Positions 1 through 8,637 of a stretch of 25,043 nt of DNA are shown piece after piece. The notes beneath the pieces are model-generated. The model was not told the origin of the DNA and did no database searches. It saw only the letters and a program-made list of their open reading frames with translations. How positions within the stretch are numbered: the stretch's first letter is position 1; the number at the start of each line of letters is the position of its first letter. The stretch is taken from the NCBI GenBank assembly GCA_008080735.1, contig SHMW01000026.1, forward strand, positions 21,145 through 46,187, given 5' to 3'. Origin of the DNA: Promethearchaeota archaeon. GTDB taxonomy: Archaea > Asgardarchaeota > Lokiarchaeia > Sigyniarchaeales > SOKP01. Made by a program: the position numbers and the translations under genes.

Positions 1-1961
1 ACTATAAAGTAGTTGATTTGAAAGTTCCAAACGCTCTTAAAAAACTCCTGAAAGATTTGAACATCCATACCTTACTCCCTATTCAAGCAATTTCGGTAGA
101 TCGAGGGTTGCTAAGGGAATATAAAAACCAGCTTATTATGGCACCAACATCGGGGGGAAAAACACTCGTTGGAGAAATCGCGGGTGTATCAAAATTACTA
201 AAAGATAAAAGAGATAAAATGCTCTATTTAGTTCCTATAGTAGCTTTAGCAAACATCAGAGAGTTAGAATTTAAAGAAAAGTATAGAAAATTAGATTTAA
301 AAGTTGTCAAGAAGGTAGGAGAATCGTTATTAGAAAAAGGGGTGAAGGATTCATTAGAAGATCTACGAGACGCAAATATTGTAATAGGGACTTATGAAGC
401 TATCGATTATATTCTACGAAGCGGTAATAAAAACGTTTTAGGAAAAGTCTCCACAATTATTATCGATGAAATTCAGACCTTAATCGATCCTGAACGAGGA
501 TTTTTACTTGATGGTTTAATTGCTAGATTAAAGAGCATCAATCGGGATGCACAATATCTTTATTTAAGCGCGACCATCGGGGAGCCCGAAATTCTTGCGA
601 AAAAATTGGAATGTCAACTGATCAGATATACGAATAGACCCGTGCCTGTTGAGCGACATTTAATTCTATGTCAAAATGAAAAAGTTAAGGAGCAATATAT
701 CGAGAAGTTAGTGAGAGCTGCGTTTTCCATTAGATCAGAATTTGGCTATAAAGGACAATCTATCGTATTCACCAACACGCGTAAGAAATGCGAATCATTA
801 GCCGAATATTTACGCAATAGAGGGGTTTGGGTAAAGGCATATCATTCGGGTTTGACGAATGAAGAACGTAAGCGAGTTGAAGTAGAATTTCAATCACAAA
901 GTATCGCAGGAGTTGTTGCAACCGCAGCACTAGCCGCTGGAGTAGATCTCCCTGCAAGTCAAGTCATCTTTGAATCCTTAGCGATGGGGATCAATTGGCT
1001 TACCGTAGCAGATTTCGAACAAATGCTTGGACGGGCTGGAAGACTTAAAAAACATAAACTCGGCAGAGCGTATTTATTGGTTCAACCAGAAAAAATTTAC
1101 TCCCCCAAGATGGAGACTACCGAGGAAAATATCGCAGTTCGTTTATTAAATGGAAAAATACGAGACTTTGAACTTACCCCAAATGAAGATAAATCATTAA
1201 CAGAATTATTGGCGTTCATTTCTATGTACAAGCAAGGGACCTCATGGAAAATACTTCATGAATTCTACGATTATCTAATTAATGGGAGTTATGAATTGAA
1301 TTCTGTATTTGGAAAATTATTTGAAAGAAATTTAATCAAGGAAAATGGAGCGCTACAACCCACCGAATTAGGCACCGCAATTGCAAAATCCTTTTTAACC
1401 GTTGAACAAAGTTTTGATATTATACATATGATTAAAAAGAAAACTCATTCAATCAAGGAGATTGTCTTAGAACTCAAACCGCTCAAAAATATATATCTTT
1501 CAAAAGCCGTGGTCGCAGATCTTTCAAAAAATGTGAATATGAAATATTTCTCCAATAATTTTTTCAGTTCAAGTGTCTTGAGCTTGATGGATGCCAATTA
1601 TATAAAAAAGCGCAGTAAATTTTCTCGGGAATTTATCAATCTCGTGTTAAGATGGATAAATGATATATTTAACTGCAAATGCGAAGAAAACCCCTATTGC
1701 GATTGCGGAAGACTAAATCTTGAAAAGAAAATTTTAGAACTCCGGATTAATGAAGGCATGTCAGTGAACGAGATCCACGATTATTTAGAAGGATATTACC
1801 AGATTCTTATTTTTAAAGGAGACTTAATTGATTATTTGGAGAGTTTAATCTATTCATTTGAAAGTATTAAAAATATAGCGCAAGGAATTTCATATTTAGA
1901 CCAATCATATCAAAAGGAATTGGAAGAAATCCCGAATATCGTTGAAAAAATAAAGGGATAA
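1..1961 (+). CDS. SF2 Ski2-like DEAD/DEAH helicase, archaeal-specific ASH-Ski2/COG1202 type; probably 5'-truncated by the window edge
   Basis: Q motif LLPIQ, Walker A PTSGGKT, motif II DEIQ, III SAT, V TAALAAGVD, VI QMLGRAGR, and a C-terminal Cys cluster CKCEENPYCDCG typical of this subfamily. The frame is open from base 3 to the TTG at 18, so the true start is probably upstream. Confidence 0.88.
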   Translation, partial: YKVVDLKVPNALKKLLKDLNIHTLLPIQAISVDRGLLREYKNQLIMAPTSGGKTLVGEIAGVSKLLKDKRDKMLYLVPIVALANIRELEFKEKYRKLDLKVVKKVGESLLEKGVKDSLEDLRDANIVIGTYEAIDYILRSGNKNVLGKVSTIIIDEIQTLIDPERGFLLDGLIARLKSINRDAQYLYLSATIGEPEILAKKLECQLIRYTNRPVPVERHLILCQNEKVKEQYIEKLVRAAFSIRSEFGYKGQSIVFTNTRKKCESLAEYLRNRGVWVKAYHSGLTNEERKRVEVEFQSQSIAGVVATAALAAGVDLPASQVIFESLAMGINWLTVADFEQMLGRAGRLKKHKLGRAYLLVQPEKIYSPKMETTEENIAVRLLNGKIRDFELTPNEDKSLTELLAFISMYKQGTSWKILHEFYDYLINGSYELNSVFGKLFERNLIKENGALQPTELGTAIAKSFLTVEQSFDIIHMIKKKTHSIKEIVLELKPLKNIYLSKAVVADLSKNVNMKYFSNNFFSSSVLSLMDANYIKKRSKFSREFINLVLRWINDIFNCKCEENPYCDCGRLNLEKKILELRINEGMSVNEIHDYLEGYYQILIFKGDLIDYLESLIYSFESIKNIAQGISYLDQSYQKELEEIPNIVEKIKG

Positions 1962-1986
1962 GCATAAGACGATAACAGAAATGAAC

Positions 1987-3165
1987 TTAAATAATATGTA
2001 CTTCAAGGATATCGCCATCTTCTAAGGGATAATCTAACCCGACGCGTTTGCGTTTTTGTCTCGCACCTTCTCTTATTACAATTGCAAAATCAAATTTTTC
2101 AACAAAAGAACGATGAATCTTTAAGGCAACATCTTCCACAGTGGCTCCTTTGTTTACAATCAAAGGTTTATTTGACACTTCCCCGGCATTCATCGTAAAG
2201 ATTCGAATTTTCCCCAGGAATTTAAGGGCTTTATCACCAAAATCATCAGGGAAAATCGACTTATTTACGCTTGTGCCGATGATAATCGGAAAATTTTCTG
2301 AATAGTTCTCTTTCAGCTTTTCAAAGTTTTCTTCCGTATGGGGAAGATCGCCTTTCGTCCCAAAAATAATGGTTTTTTTATAGACAACCGATGGATTCAA
2401 TTCATCTAGTACTTGATCTATGGTGATATTACCAGCGATTCGCACGATGGCGTTTTGAATCCCGCTTTCTCGAACAATTTCTTTAATCCGTTCTGCTAAC
2501 TCTAAATTTTCTTTTGATTCTTTGGTGAGGAAAAATACTTGAATTTTGTTAGCACCTGTTTTTTGAATATCTATGGGGGGAGGTTCTTCATTGAGTTTTA
2601 TATCTGCATTATCCAATTCGTTCAAAAGTAAATCCATTTGCTGGTCAATGTTACGGGAGAGATCGATACATAGACATACTAAGTCACATGCTCGTATTTG
2701 AGCTAAGATTTCTTTTCCATTTGCTACTCCCTTTGAAGCGCCTTCCATCAATGAGGGCATATCAACAACTTGAAACTGAATTCCCTCATATTTATAGATC
2801 CCGACCTCGGGAAGAGAATTAAAACTGCCTATTTTATCTTTTGCTGCACCTGTAAGAAAATTAAGCAAGGAAGTCTTTCCCACCCCAGGGGTATGATAAT
2901 CGCTGACTAATATCATCTGAATTCCCTCTTTTTTAATGGAAAATGGACTCACTACTTTTGCTGCAGACTTCTTTTTCCGCTCCTCTTTTTCTCTCTTTAG
3001 TTTTGCCAATCTCGATTTATTTAAAGCGACGATTTTCTCAGTAGCTTTATGTTTCGGGATGAGAGAGATAAATTTCTCTAATTTGTCTATTTTTTCATCT
3101 AAGGAGTCCGCATCAAGATATTTTTGATAAGCGGCTTTCGCTTCTGCAGAGAGATTAGATGACAT
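1987..3165 (-). CDS. DRG/OBG-family GTPase with C-terminal TGS domain (atypical G motifs)
   Basis: N-terminal IPKHKATEK DRG signature; P-loop TPGVGKTS; VVDMPSLMEGASKG (DRG DxPGxIEGA region); TKGD; TGS-like tail GATVEDVALKIH...RVGLDYPLEDGDILEV. Confidence 0.9.
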   Translation of the reverse strand: MSSNLSAEAKAAYQKYLDADSLDEKIDKLEKFISLIPKHKATEKIVALNKSRLAKLKREKEERKKKSAAKVVSPFSIKKEGIQMILVSDYHTPGVGKTSLLNFLTGAAKDKIGSFNSLPEVGIYKYEGIQFQVVDMPSLMEGASKGVANGKEILAQIRACDLVCLCIDLSRNIDQQMDLLLNELDNADIKLNEEPPPIDIQKTGANKIQVFFLTKESKENLELAERIKEIVRESGIQNAIVRIAGNITIDQVLDELNPSVVYKKTIIFGTKGDLPHTEENFEKLKENYSENFPIIIGTSVNKSIFPDDFGDKALKFLGKIRIFTMNAGEVSNKPLIVNKGATVEDVALKIHRSFVEKFDFAIVIREGARQKRKRVGLDYPLEDGDILEVHII

Positions 3166-3235
3166 AATTCACAATATTTTATAGTACGTAATAATATTTA
3201 TAAAAATGAGTACTCCAAAAAGAAGATTAGGTACC

Positions 3236-3700
3236 TTAAAATATACTTCTAAATCTGTCTTCTGTTTTTAATTTTAGATCTCCTAAAATTTCATCTACTC
3301 GTGGAGTAAATTTTTTCTCAAAAAACTTCTTCTTTTTTGCAAATATATCATTTCGGGAGAAACGGTTTCGAAAATGATTATTAATCTGTTTCAATTCCTT
3401 TTTTACTATTTCCGCATCCGTACCTTTCTCGATTATGGCATAATGAAGAAGTGGCTGTGTGTTATTTTCTTCCTCTTCGGGAAGCGGAAGAGAGATCATC
3501 TCCGAATAGCAAACTAATTTAAATGAGGCGAGAGAAACCACATTTATATCATCTCCAAAAACCTCAGAGGTAAAGCTCTCAAGGGCGGAGAGAAAACCGG
3601 CTCTTAAATTAGGATCCAAAGGATTATTAGAGGTAGAGTAATATTTTCTCTCAAATATATTCTTTGAACCGAGATTAATTCCTAATTCCAAAATTGTCAT
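3236..3700 (-). CDS. Longin-like domain protein (Asgard eukaryotic-signature protein)
   Basis: 154 aa with a beta-beta-alpha-beta-beta-beta-alpha pattern: ILELGIN..NIFERKY, helix DPNLRAGFLSALESFTSEVFG, strands INVVSL-FKLVCY-LLHYAII, helix LKQINNHFRNRF. The fold is assigned by eye. Confidence 0.65.
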   Translation of the reverse strand: MTILELGINLGSKNIFERKYYSTSNNPLDPNLRAGFLSALESFTSEVFGDDINVVSLASFKLVCYSEMISLPLPEEEENNTQPLLHYAIIEKGTDAEIVKKELKQINNHFRNRFSRNDIFAKKKKFFEKKFTPRVDEILGDLKLKTEDRFRSIF

Positions 3701-3892
3701 AGAACCCAGTTTAATTAGTGGTTTTTTTCCTATATCTATTCAAGATGTGTATTATCTTATAGATATAATTGAAATTCTATTTAAAAAACTTTAGTAAACC
3801 ATTATTTATTGTGGGGTGGTATTTTTAAATAGTCAAAATCGAAAAACTATATGTATTTTGTTTTAGAAGGTTATTTTGGTATCAGTTCAGCT

Positions 3893-4753
3893 TCAATCAA
3901 GTCCAAGCTGGGTCTTATAGGCGATTATTGTATTTTGAAGTAAGGATGCAACCGTCATGGGACCCACTCCACCTGGAACAGGTGTTATACTTCCACATTT
4001 GTCGTAGACATCCTCAAAATCGACATCTCCATAAAGTCTTCCCTCGATTCGATTGATCCCGACATCAATTATGACCGCCCCAGATTTTATCTTGTCTTTT
4101 GTGATGAATTGAGCTTTTCCTACCCCTACCACTAAGATATCCGCATTCCTTGTAAATTTTTCAATATTTTTAGTATGGACATGACAGACAGATACTGTCG
4201 CATCTCGATTTACCAACATAACCATAAGGGGCTTTCCTAATAAATTCGAATGATTGATGATAGTAATATCTTTACCTTGGACATTGATCCCGTTATGGTC
4301 CAATAAAGTGATTATTCCTTTAGGAGTGCAAGGGACTAGCTGTTCAGTTTTATAAAACAATTTCCCTCGATTAAGATAATGAAATCCATCCACATCTTTA
4401 TAAATGTCAATTTTTTGTAAAAGGAATTCGGTAAATTTTCTCGATTTCTCGGGTAAAGGTAATTGTAATAAAATTGCGTGAACTGAGACATCACGATTTA
4501 ATTTCTCTATTTCTTCCGAGATTTGTGATTTAGATGCACTCTCTGGTAAGGAAACCATAACCGAGTTGATCCCCACTTTTTCGCAGGTTTGATGTTTTAT
4601 TTTTACATACACTTTTGAAGCAGGGTCTTTCCCGACCAATATGGTAGCTAAAGTAGGAGATATATTTGTTTCTTGGGTTAGATCTGAGATTCTCTTCTTT
4701 AAACGATTATTAAGCTCTGTGGCTAATTTCTTTCCATCTAGAATTTTGTCCAT
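3893..4753 (-). CDS. folD: Bifunctional methylenetetrahydrofolate dehydrogenase/cyclohydrolase
   Basis: ILDGK, PASKVYVKIK (YxxxK), LLQLPLP, KDVDGFH, PCTPKG, GKP, IDVGINR, ITPVPGGVGPMTVA. Confidence 0.97.
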   Translation of the reverse strand: MDKILDGKKLATELNNRLKKRISDLTQETNISPTLATILVGKDPASKVYVKIKHQTCEKVGINSVMVSLPESASKSQISEEIEKLNRDVSVHAILLQLPLPEKSRKFTEFLLQKIDIYKDVDGFHYLNRGKLFYKTEQLVPCTPKGIITLLDHNGINVQGKDITIINHSNLLGKPLMVMLVNRDATVSVCHVHTKNIEKFTRNADILVVGVGKAQFITKDKIKSGAVIIDVGINRIEGRLYGDVDFEDVYDKCGSITPVPGGVGPMTVASLLQNTIIAYKTQLGLD

Positions 4754-4770
4754 AAAATCAAAATGATAGA

Positions 4771-5847
4771 TTAAAGTTTTCTTTTATTCCTTAAATAAAA
4801 TCCTAAGCCAATGATAATTCCAATTCCTACAAGTAGTCCTAATAAGATGAACCAATTAAATTCAACGCTCCCAAATTGCTGATCCAAATATCCTAAAGCA
4901 TTCAGAGTATTGAGACTCTCATAGGCCAGATAGGTGCTAGACACAGAGGATCGCTGTTCTTGAAGTGTATTGTATGCATCAGAAAAGCCCCCATCAATAA
5001 CGTTTTGCCGATCTAATATCCAACTAATAGTGGCTGTCCGGTCATTATATGCATTTAAATTTATGGAAGAGATAATATTAACGGCAGAATGAGTGGAACT
5101 GAGGAGAGGGGATGACGAAGATATATCAGGTACATACCCTCCTAAAATACTATAATAGGAGTGTGTGTATGAGATCGTTGCGGATGAATCTGGTAAGGTT
5201 GTACTCTCATCCAAAATATCAATAGAAAGGATGGCATAAAATGTATTTAACAAAGTGGAATTAAGGGAAATTTTCCCCCCAAAACCGCCATCAGAATTAT
5301 TACACATCAAAATCCAATTTAGATGAAAGGTTTTATTTGGAATTGATATTCCAATCAGTTGATAATTCCGTACAGCAAAATACGTTGAGATGAGAGTTGA
5401 GCTACTGGATGTGTTTGTATATGCAAATCCACCCGTTGCAATCTCTGTTTGATTAAGATATGATTCAATAGCACCGTCAGGAGTTGACTCATAACCTAAT
5501 ATCTCAAGTGAACTGAGAATATAAAAAAGATCATACTGAGAGACTTCCTCACTATTAAGCATATCAGTTAGGTCTTCTCTTAAGGTAGTCTGTAATCCGG
5601 ACACATCAACTTCTTGGGTTATTAGACCGTAGCTACTAAGTATCTCTAAGGAATAAAACGTTGCTTCAAAAGAAATAATTTGTTCATCAATACTGTTTGT
5701 AAAACCCTCACTTTTAGAGATCCTATTCTCGATTATAAAATCGGTGATGTAGGATTTTCTTGGCTTTGCGGCTACGAACGGTGGTAAAAACAAAAGAGAC
5801 ACGAGCGAAAAAAGAATGATTGCTAAACTTAAATTTCGTTTTTTCAA
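4771..5847 (-). CDS. Secreted, C-terminally membrane-anchored prenyltransferase/squalene-oxidase-repeat (alpha/alpha toroid) protein
   Basis: Signal peptide MKKRNLSLAIILFSLVSLLFLPPFVAA; repeated GGF...S/T-x-x-x-T-Y/F-x-A units (TGGFA, DGGFG, LGGYV, DGGFS); C-terminal TM WFILLGLLVGIGIIIGLGFYL followed by RNKRKL; GAGGT RBS-like motif before the TTG start. Confidence 0.78.
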   Translation of the reverse strand: MKKRNLSLAIILFSLVSLLFLPPFVAAKPRKSYITDFIIENRISKSEGFTNSIDEQIISFEATFYSLEILSSYGLITQEVDVSGLQTTLREDLTDMLNSEEVSQYDLFYILSSLEILGYESTPDGAIESYLNQTEIATGGFAYTNTSSSSTLISTYFAVRNYQLIGISIPNKTFHLNWILMCNNSDGGFGGKISLNSTLLNTFYAILSIDILDESTTLPDSSATISYTHSYYSILGGYVPDISSSSPLLSSTHSAVNIISSINLNAYNDRTATISWILDRQNVIDGGFSDAYNTLQEQRSSVSSTYLAYESLNTLNALGYLDQQFGSVEFNWFILLGLLVGIGIIIGLGFYLRNKRKL

Positions 5848-5964
5848 GGAGGAAACCTCAGATTATCTTTCAAAATTAATTTTTTTTAATTTAGCTTTCA
5901 ATTAAAAATTAACTAAGAAAAAGGATTGACTCAAAATATTATAAAGTGAGGAAATGATTAAAAA

Positions 5965-7500
5965 CTAGGAATAAAGAGCAAAAATTTGGGAGATGTCCCG
6001 ATGGATAATATCTTTATCCGCTTGGAACTCCTCATGGGTTATAAACAGCTTTTTAAATGAAGGGAGACTCCCAAGAATTGCAGCTCCGTTAAATATTGAG
6101 AGCTGTAAATTATCTGGAACGAAAAACTTTAAAGCGTTTTGCGATTCGTCGAAATATTCGCTTACTTGAAAATTCGGAGCTGCAGCAGCAAAATCTTCTG
6201 TAGATCTCTCGGAAGCTTGTGGTTGGGTCTTTTTCAGATTTGCCCCGCAATAAGGACAAAAAGCTGAGTCCTCTTCCTTTATCTCTTTCCCACATTCAGG
6301 ACAGACATTTGGAGTCTCGGATTTTTCTTGCTCGTTTTTATTCATATCAATTTGAATTTGAGGGACTTCTAAACTTGCTCCGCATTCCGGACATTCCTTT
6401 TGTCCTTCCGAGAAAGAAACTAAATTTCCACACTCAGGACATGTATCCACTGTCCTTTGCGATCCATCAACAGGTTGAAGTTTCATACGATTCCCCTGTG
6501 TTTCTGGCTCATGCGGTTTTGGGATAGGACCTAATTGAGAAAGAAGAGGGTCTAAATCTATTTTTAAGCGCTCTTCAAACCCACTATGAAGAAGATTTCC
6601 ACCCGATAAAACTACATGTGTGAGAAAATCACCCCAGTACTCCTTATTAACATTTTCTAAGCAGGTTATAATAGCTTGAGGAATACTTGGGGAGTTTGAA
6701 CCCAGCATTTGTGGTTGGAATATCACTTCAGGTGCCTCATAGAGAATATGTGATGGGATATTTACTTTCGAGCCATCAGGCATCGGATAGGCAACATTAT
6801 CCTTGGTATCTTTCGGATTCTCTGGATCGAGAACAAAATAGCAATTCTTTTCTTTAATTTCCCGTATAATCTCCTCAACGGCTGAAGATGTAATATTTAT
6901 CCCCTCTCGCATTAAAAGAGATTTAAGATTTTGGCTAATATCCATGCCCGCAAGATTTAATCTTTGGACCGCCTGATACATTATCTGTCCATTAATAATC
7001 GGCACGATCCATGTAATACCATCTCCGCTTTCAATCACGAACCCAGTTGTAAGTCCAACAGAAAAGCATGAAAGAATCGGGGATGGTACCATAATAACGC
7101 TCTGGAATTGATGTGTCTCAAACATCACACGAGCAATGTATTCTTTCACATCATTTTGCTGAAAGGGGGGCTCTACATATAAAATCGGGTAATTTTGTGG
7201 ATTTTCGATTCTTAATAGGGTATAAAAGGAATGATTAAGTATTTGATACCAGTCATCCCAATCTGTTATGGTACTCCGTTCGATTGGGTGATTTATTTTT
7301 AAAACACCCCGCATCTTCATAGCATCGCTTCCAACATATACATTACGCGCATCTACATCAACCATAACAGTTTTATATTTTTCAGTCCCAGTTATAGTTG
7401 GAAACATATAGCGTGGTCCAGACTCACCTGCAAATCCAACTTTCGTATATGCGGAACCAATATCTAATATGATGGGAGTTCCGGGGGGTGGTAGGGTCAT
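5965..7500 (-). CDS. Actin-related protein with double zinc-ribbon insertion
   Basis: Actin motifs ILDIGSAYTKVGFAGE..P, YVGSDA, HPIERSTITDWDD, TTGFVIESGDGIT.IVPI, LAG.D, IREIKEK.CY, Y.MPDG, PEVIFQP, VVLSGG, GAAILGSL..F...FIT.EEF. Four CPxCG knuckles lie at aa 354-418. Confidence 0.93.
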   Translation of the reverse strand: MTLPPPGTPIILDIGSAYTKVGFAGESGPRYMFPTITGTEKYKTVMVDVDARNVYVGSDAMKMRGVLKINHPIERSTITDWDDWYQILNHSFYTLLRIENPQNYPILYVEPPFQQNDVKEYIARVMFETHQFQSVIMVPSPILSCFSVGLTTGFVIESGDGITWIVPIINGQIMYQAVQRLNLAGMDISQNLKSLLMREGINITSSAVEEIIREIKEKNCYFVLDPENPKDTKDNVAYPMPDGSKVNIPSHILYEAPEVIFQPQMLGSNSPSIPQAIITCLENVNKEYWGDFLTHVVLSGGNLLHSGFEERLKIDLDPLLSQLGPIPKPHEPETQGNRMKLQPVDGSQRTVDTCPECGNLVSFSEGQKECPECGASLEVPQIQIDMNKNEQEKSETPNVCPECGKEIKEEDSAFCPYCGANLKKTQPQASERSTEDFAAAAPNFQVSEYFDESQNALKFFVPDNLQLSIFNGAAILGSLPSFKKLFITHEEFQADKDIIHRDISQIFALYS

Positions 7501-7607
7501 TTAAATCAATTTTATGAGTTATTAACTATTTGAATATTCACTTATATATGAACTTAATAACAATATAAGAATTTTGGTAATTAAATCTATTTTTTCAAAA
7601 AATAATT

Positions 7608-8042
7608 CTATTCATTAATTAAAAATTCTGCCAACTTATCTAAAATATTACGTTCTAATACGAGACCGACCAACTGATTTTGCTCATTTACAACGGGTAA
7701 TCTTTCGATGTTAAATCGGAACATCTTTTTCAAGATATTTTTTAATGTATCGGTTTTCTTGGCGACATAAGGTTCGGAGGTCATGAGATCTCGTACCAAT
7801 GTTTGAGATTCTATGGACATAGCAAATTTGGCCAAACGAATGTCTCTCTGGGTAATAATTCCCAACAATTGTTTTTCATCCCTTGAACTTACCACGGGAA
7901 GACCACCTATATTTTTGCGAAGCATTAACAGTTCCGTGGTACTTATCTTCTCATTCGGTGTAATGTATAAGGGATCTTGGATCATTATTTCACCTACCTT
8001 TATTTGACCAAACTGTTGCAGATTATGTGGTTTAAGGTCCAT
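7608..8042 (-). CDS. Stand-alone CBS-domain pair (Bateman module) protein
   Basis: Two CBS repeats: VGEIM...IGGLPVV...LLGIITQRDI and VRDLMT...IERLPVVN...LVGLV. Confidence 0.9.
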   Translation of the reverse strand: MDLKPHNLQQFGQIKVGEIMIQDPLYITPNEKISTTELLMLRKNIGGLPVVSSRDEKQLLGIITQRDIRLAKFAMSIESQTLVRDLMTSEPYVAKKTDTLKNILKKMFRFNIERLPVVNEQNQLVGLVLERNILDKLAEFLINE

Positions 8043-8154
8043 TTGATTATCTCAACTTAAATCTAAAATCGTCAATACGATCCTTTATCCAATAATAGAT
8101 AGGGAAAATAATAAATTTTACAATTAAAAGCTATTTAATTTTCTTTTCAGCTGC

Positions 8155-8517
8155 CTATTTTAACTCGCTTTCAAGTTTCGCAATCCCTTCGGATAACGTG
8201 CGGAAACGTTGTAAGAGATATTTGCCCCAGTTGTTCAGTTTTACAAACCCTCCGCCACCAGGCCCTCCTTTACTTGTAATCACTGGAGAATAGCCCGTTC
8301 TCTTTTCTATACGCTTCAGAATGTTCCATGCATATTTATAGGAATAATTACATTCCTTTGCAGCCTCCGTCAAGGAATTTATCTCATCATTATCTATACA
8401 CGCTAATAGATTCGCCCATCCAGAGCCTAAAATACTTTTATCTTCGAATTCTAACCAAATTTTTATTCCAAAATCCACTTTTTCTTTTAGCTCTTCAAGA
8501 TTGGCATCCTCTTCCAT
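8155..8517 (-). CDS. ModE-like N-terminal winged-helix transcriptional regulator (no molybdate-binding TOBE domains)
   Basis: KIWLE...LG.G...LL..I...SLTEAAKECNYSYKYAWNILKRIEK..G.PVI..KGGPGGGG...L...G..LL, the ModE HTH signature. Confidence 0.87.
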   Translation of the reverse strand: MEEDANLEELKEKVDFGIKIWLEFEDKSILGSGWANLLACIDNDEINSLTEAAKECNYSYKYAWNILKRIEKRTGYSPVITSKGGPGGGGFVKLNNWGKYLLQRFRTLSEGIAKLESELK

Positions 8518-8637
8518 ATTTAATAAATAGGTTTTTTGTATATATATTTGTTTTAATTTTAAATGATAAAAAAATTAAACAAAGTCGTGTTTATTGGGTT
8601 AATAGAAATATATCGAGTTAAATTGAGTGAAAGGTAA

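Noticed and set aside
6136-6531. Intein or mobile insertion in the actin gene
   Set aside because: There is no His-Asn C-terminal splice motif, homing endonuclease signature or flanking repeat.
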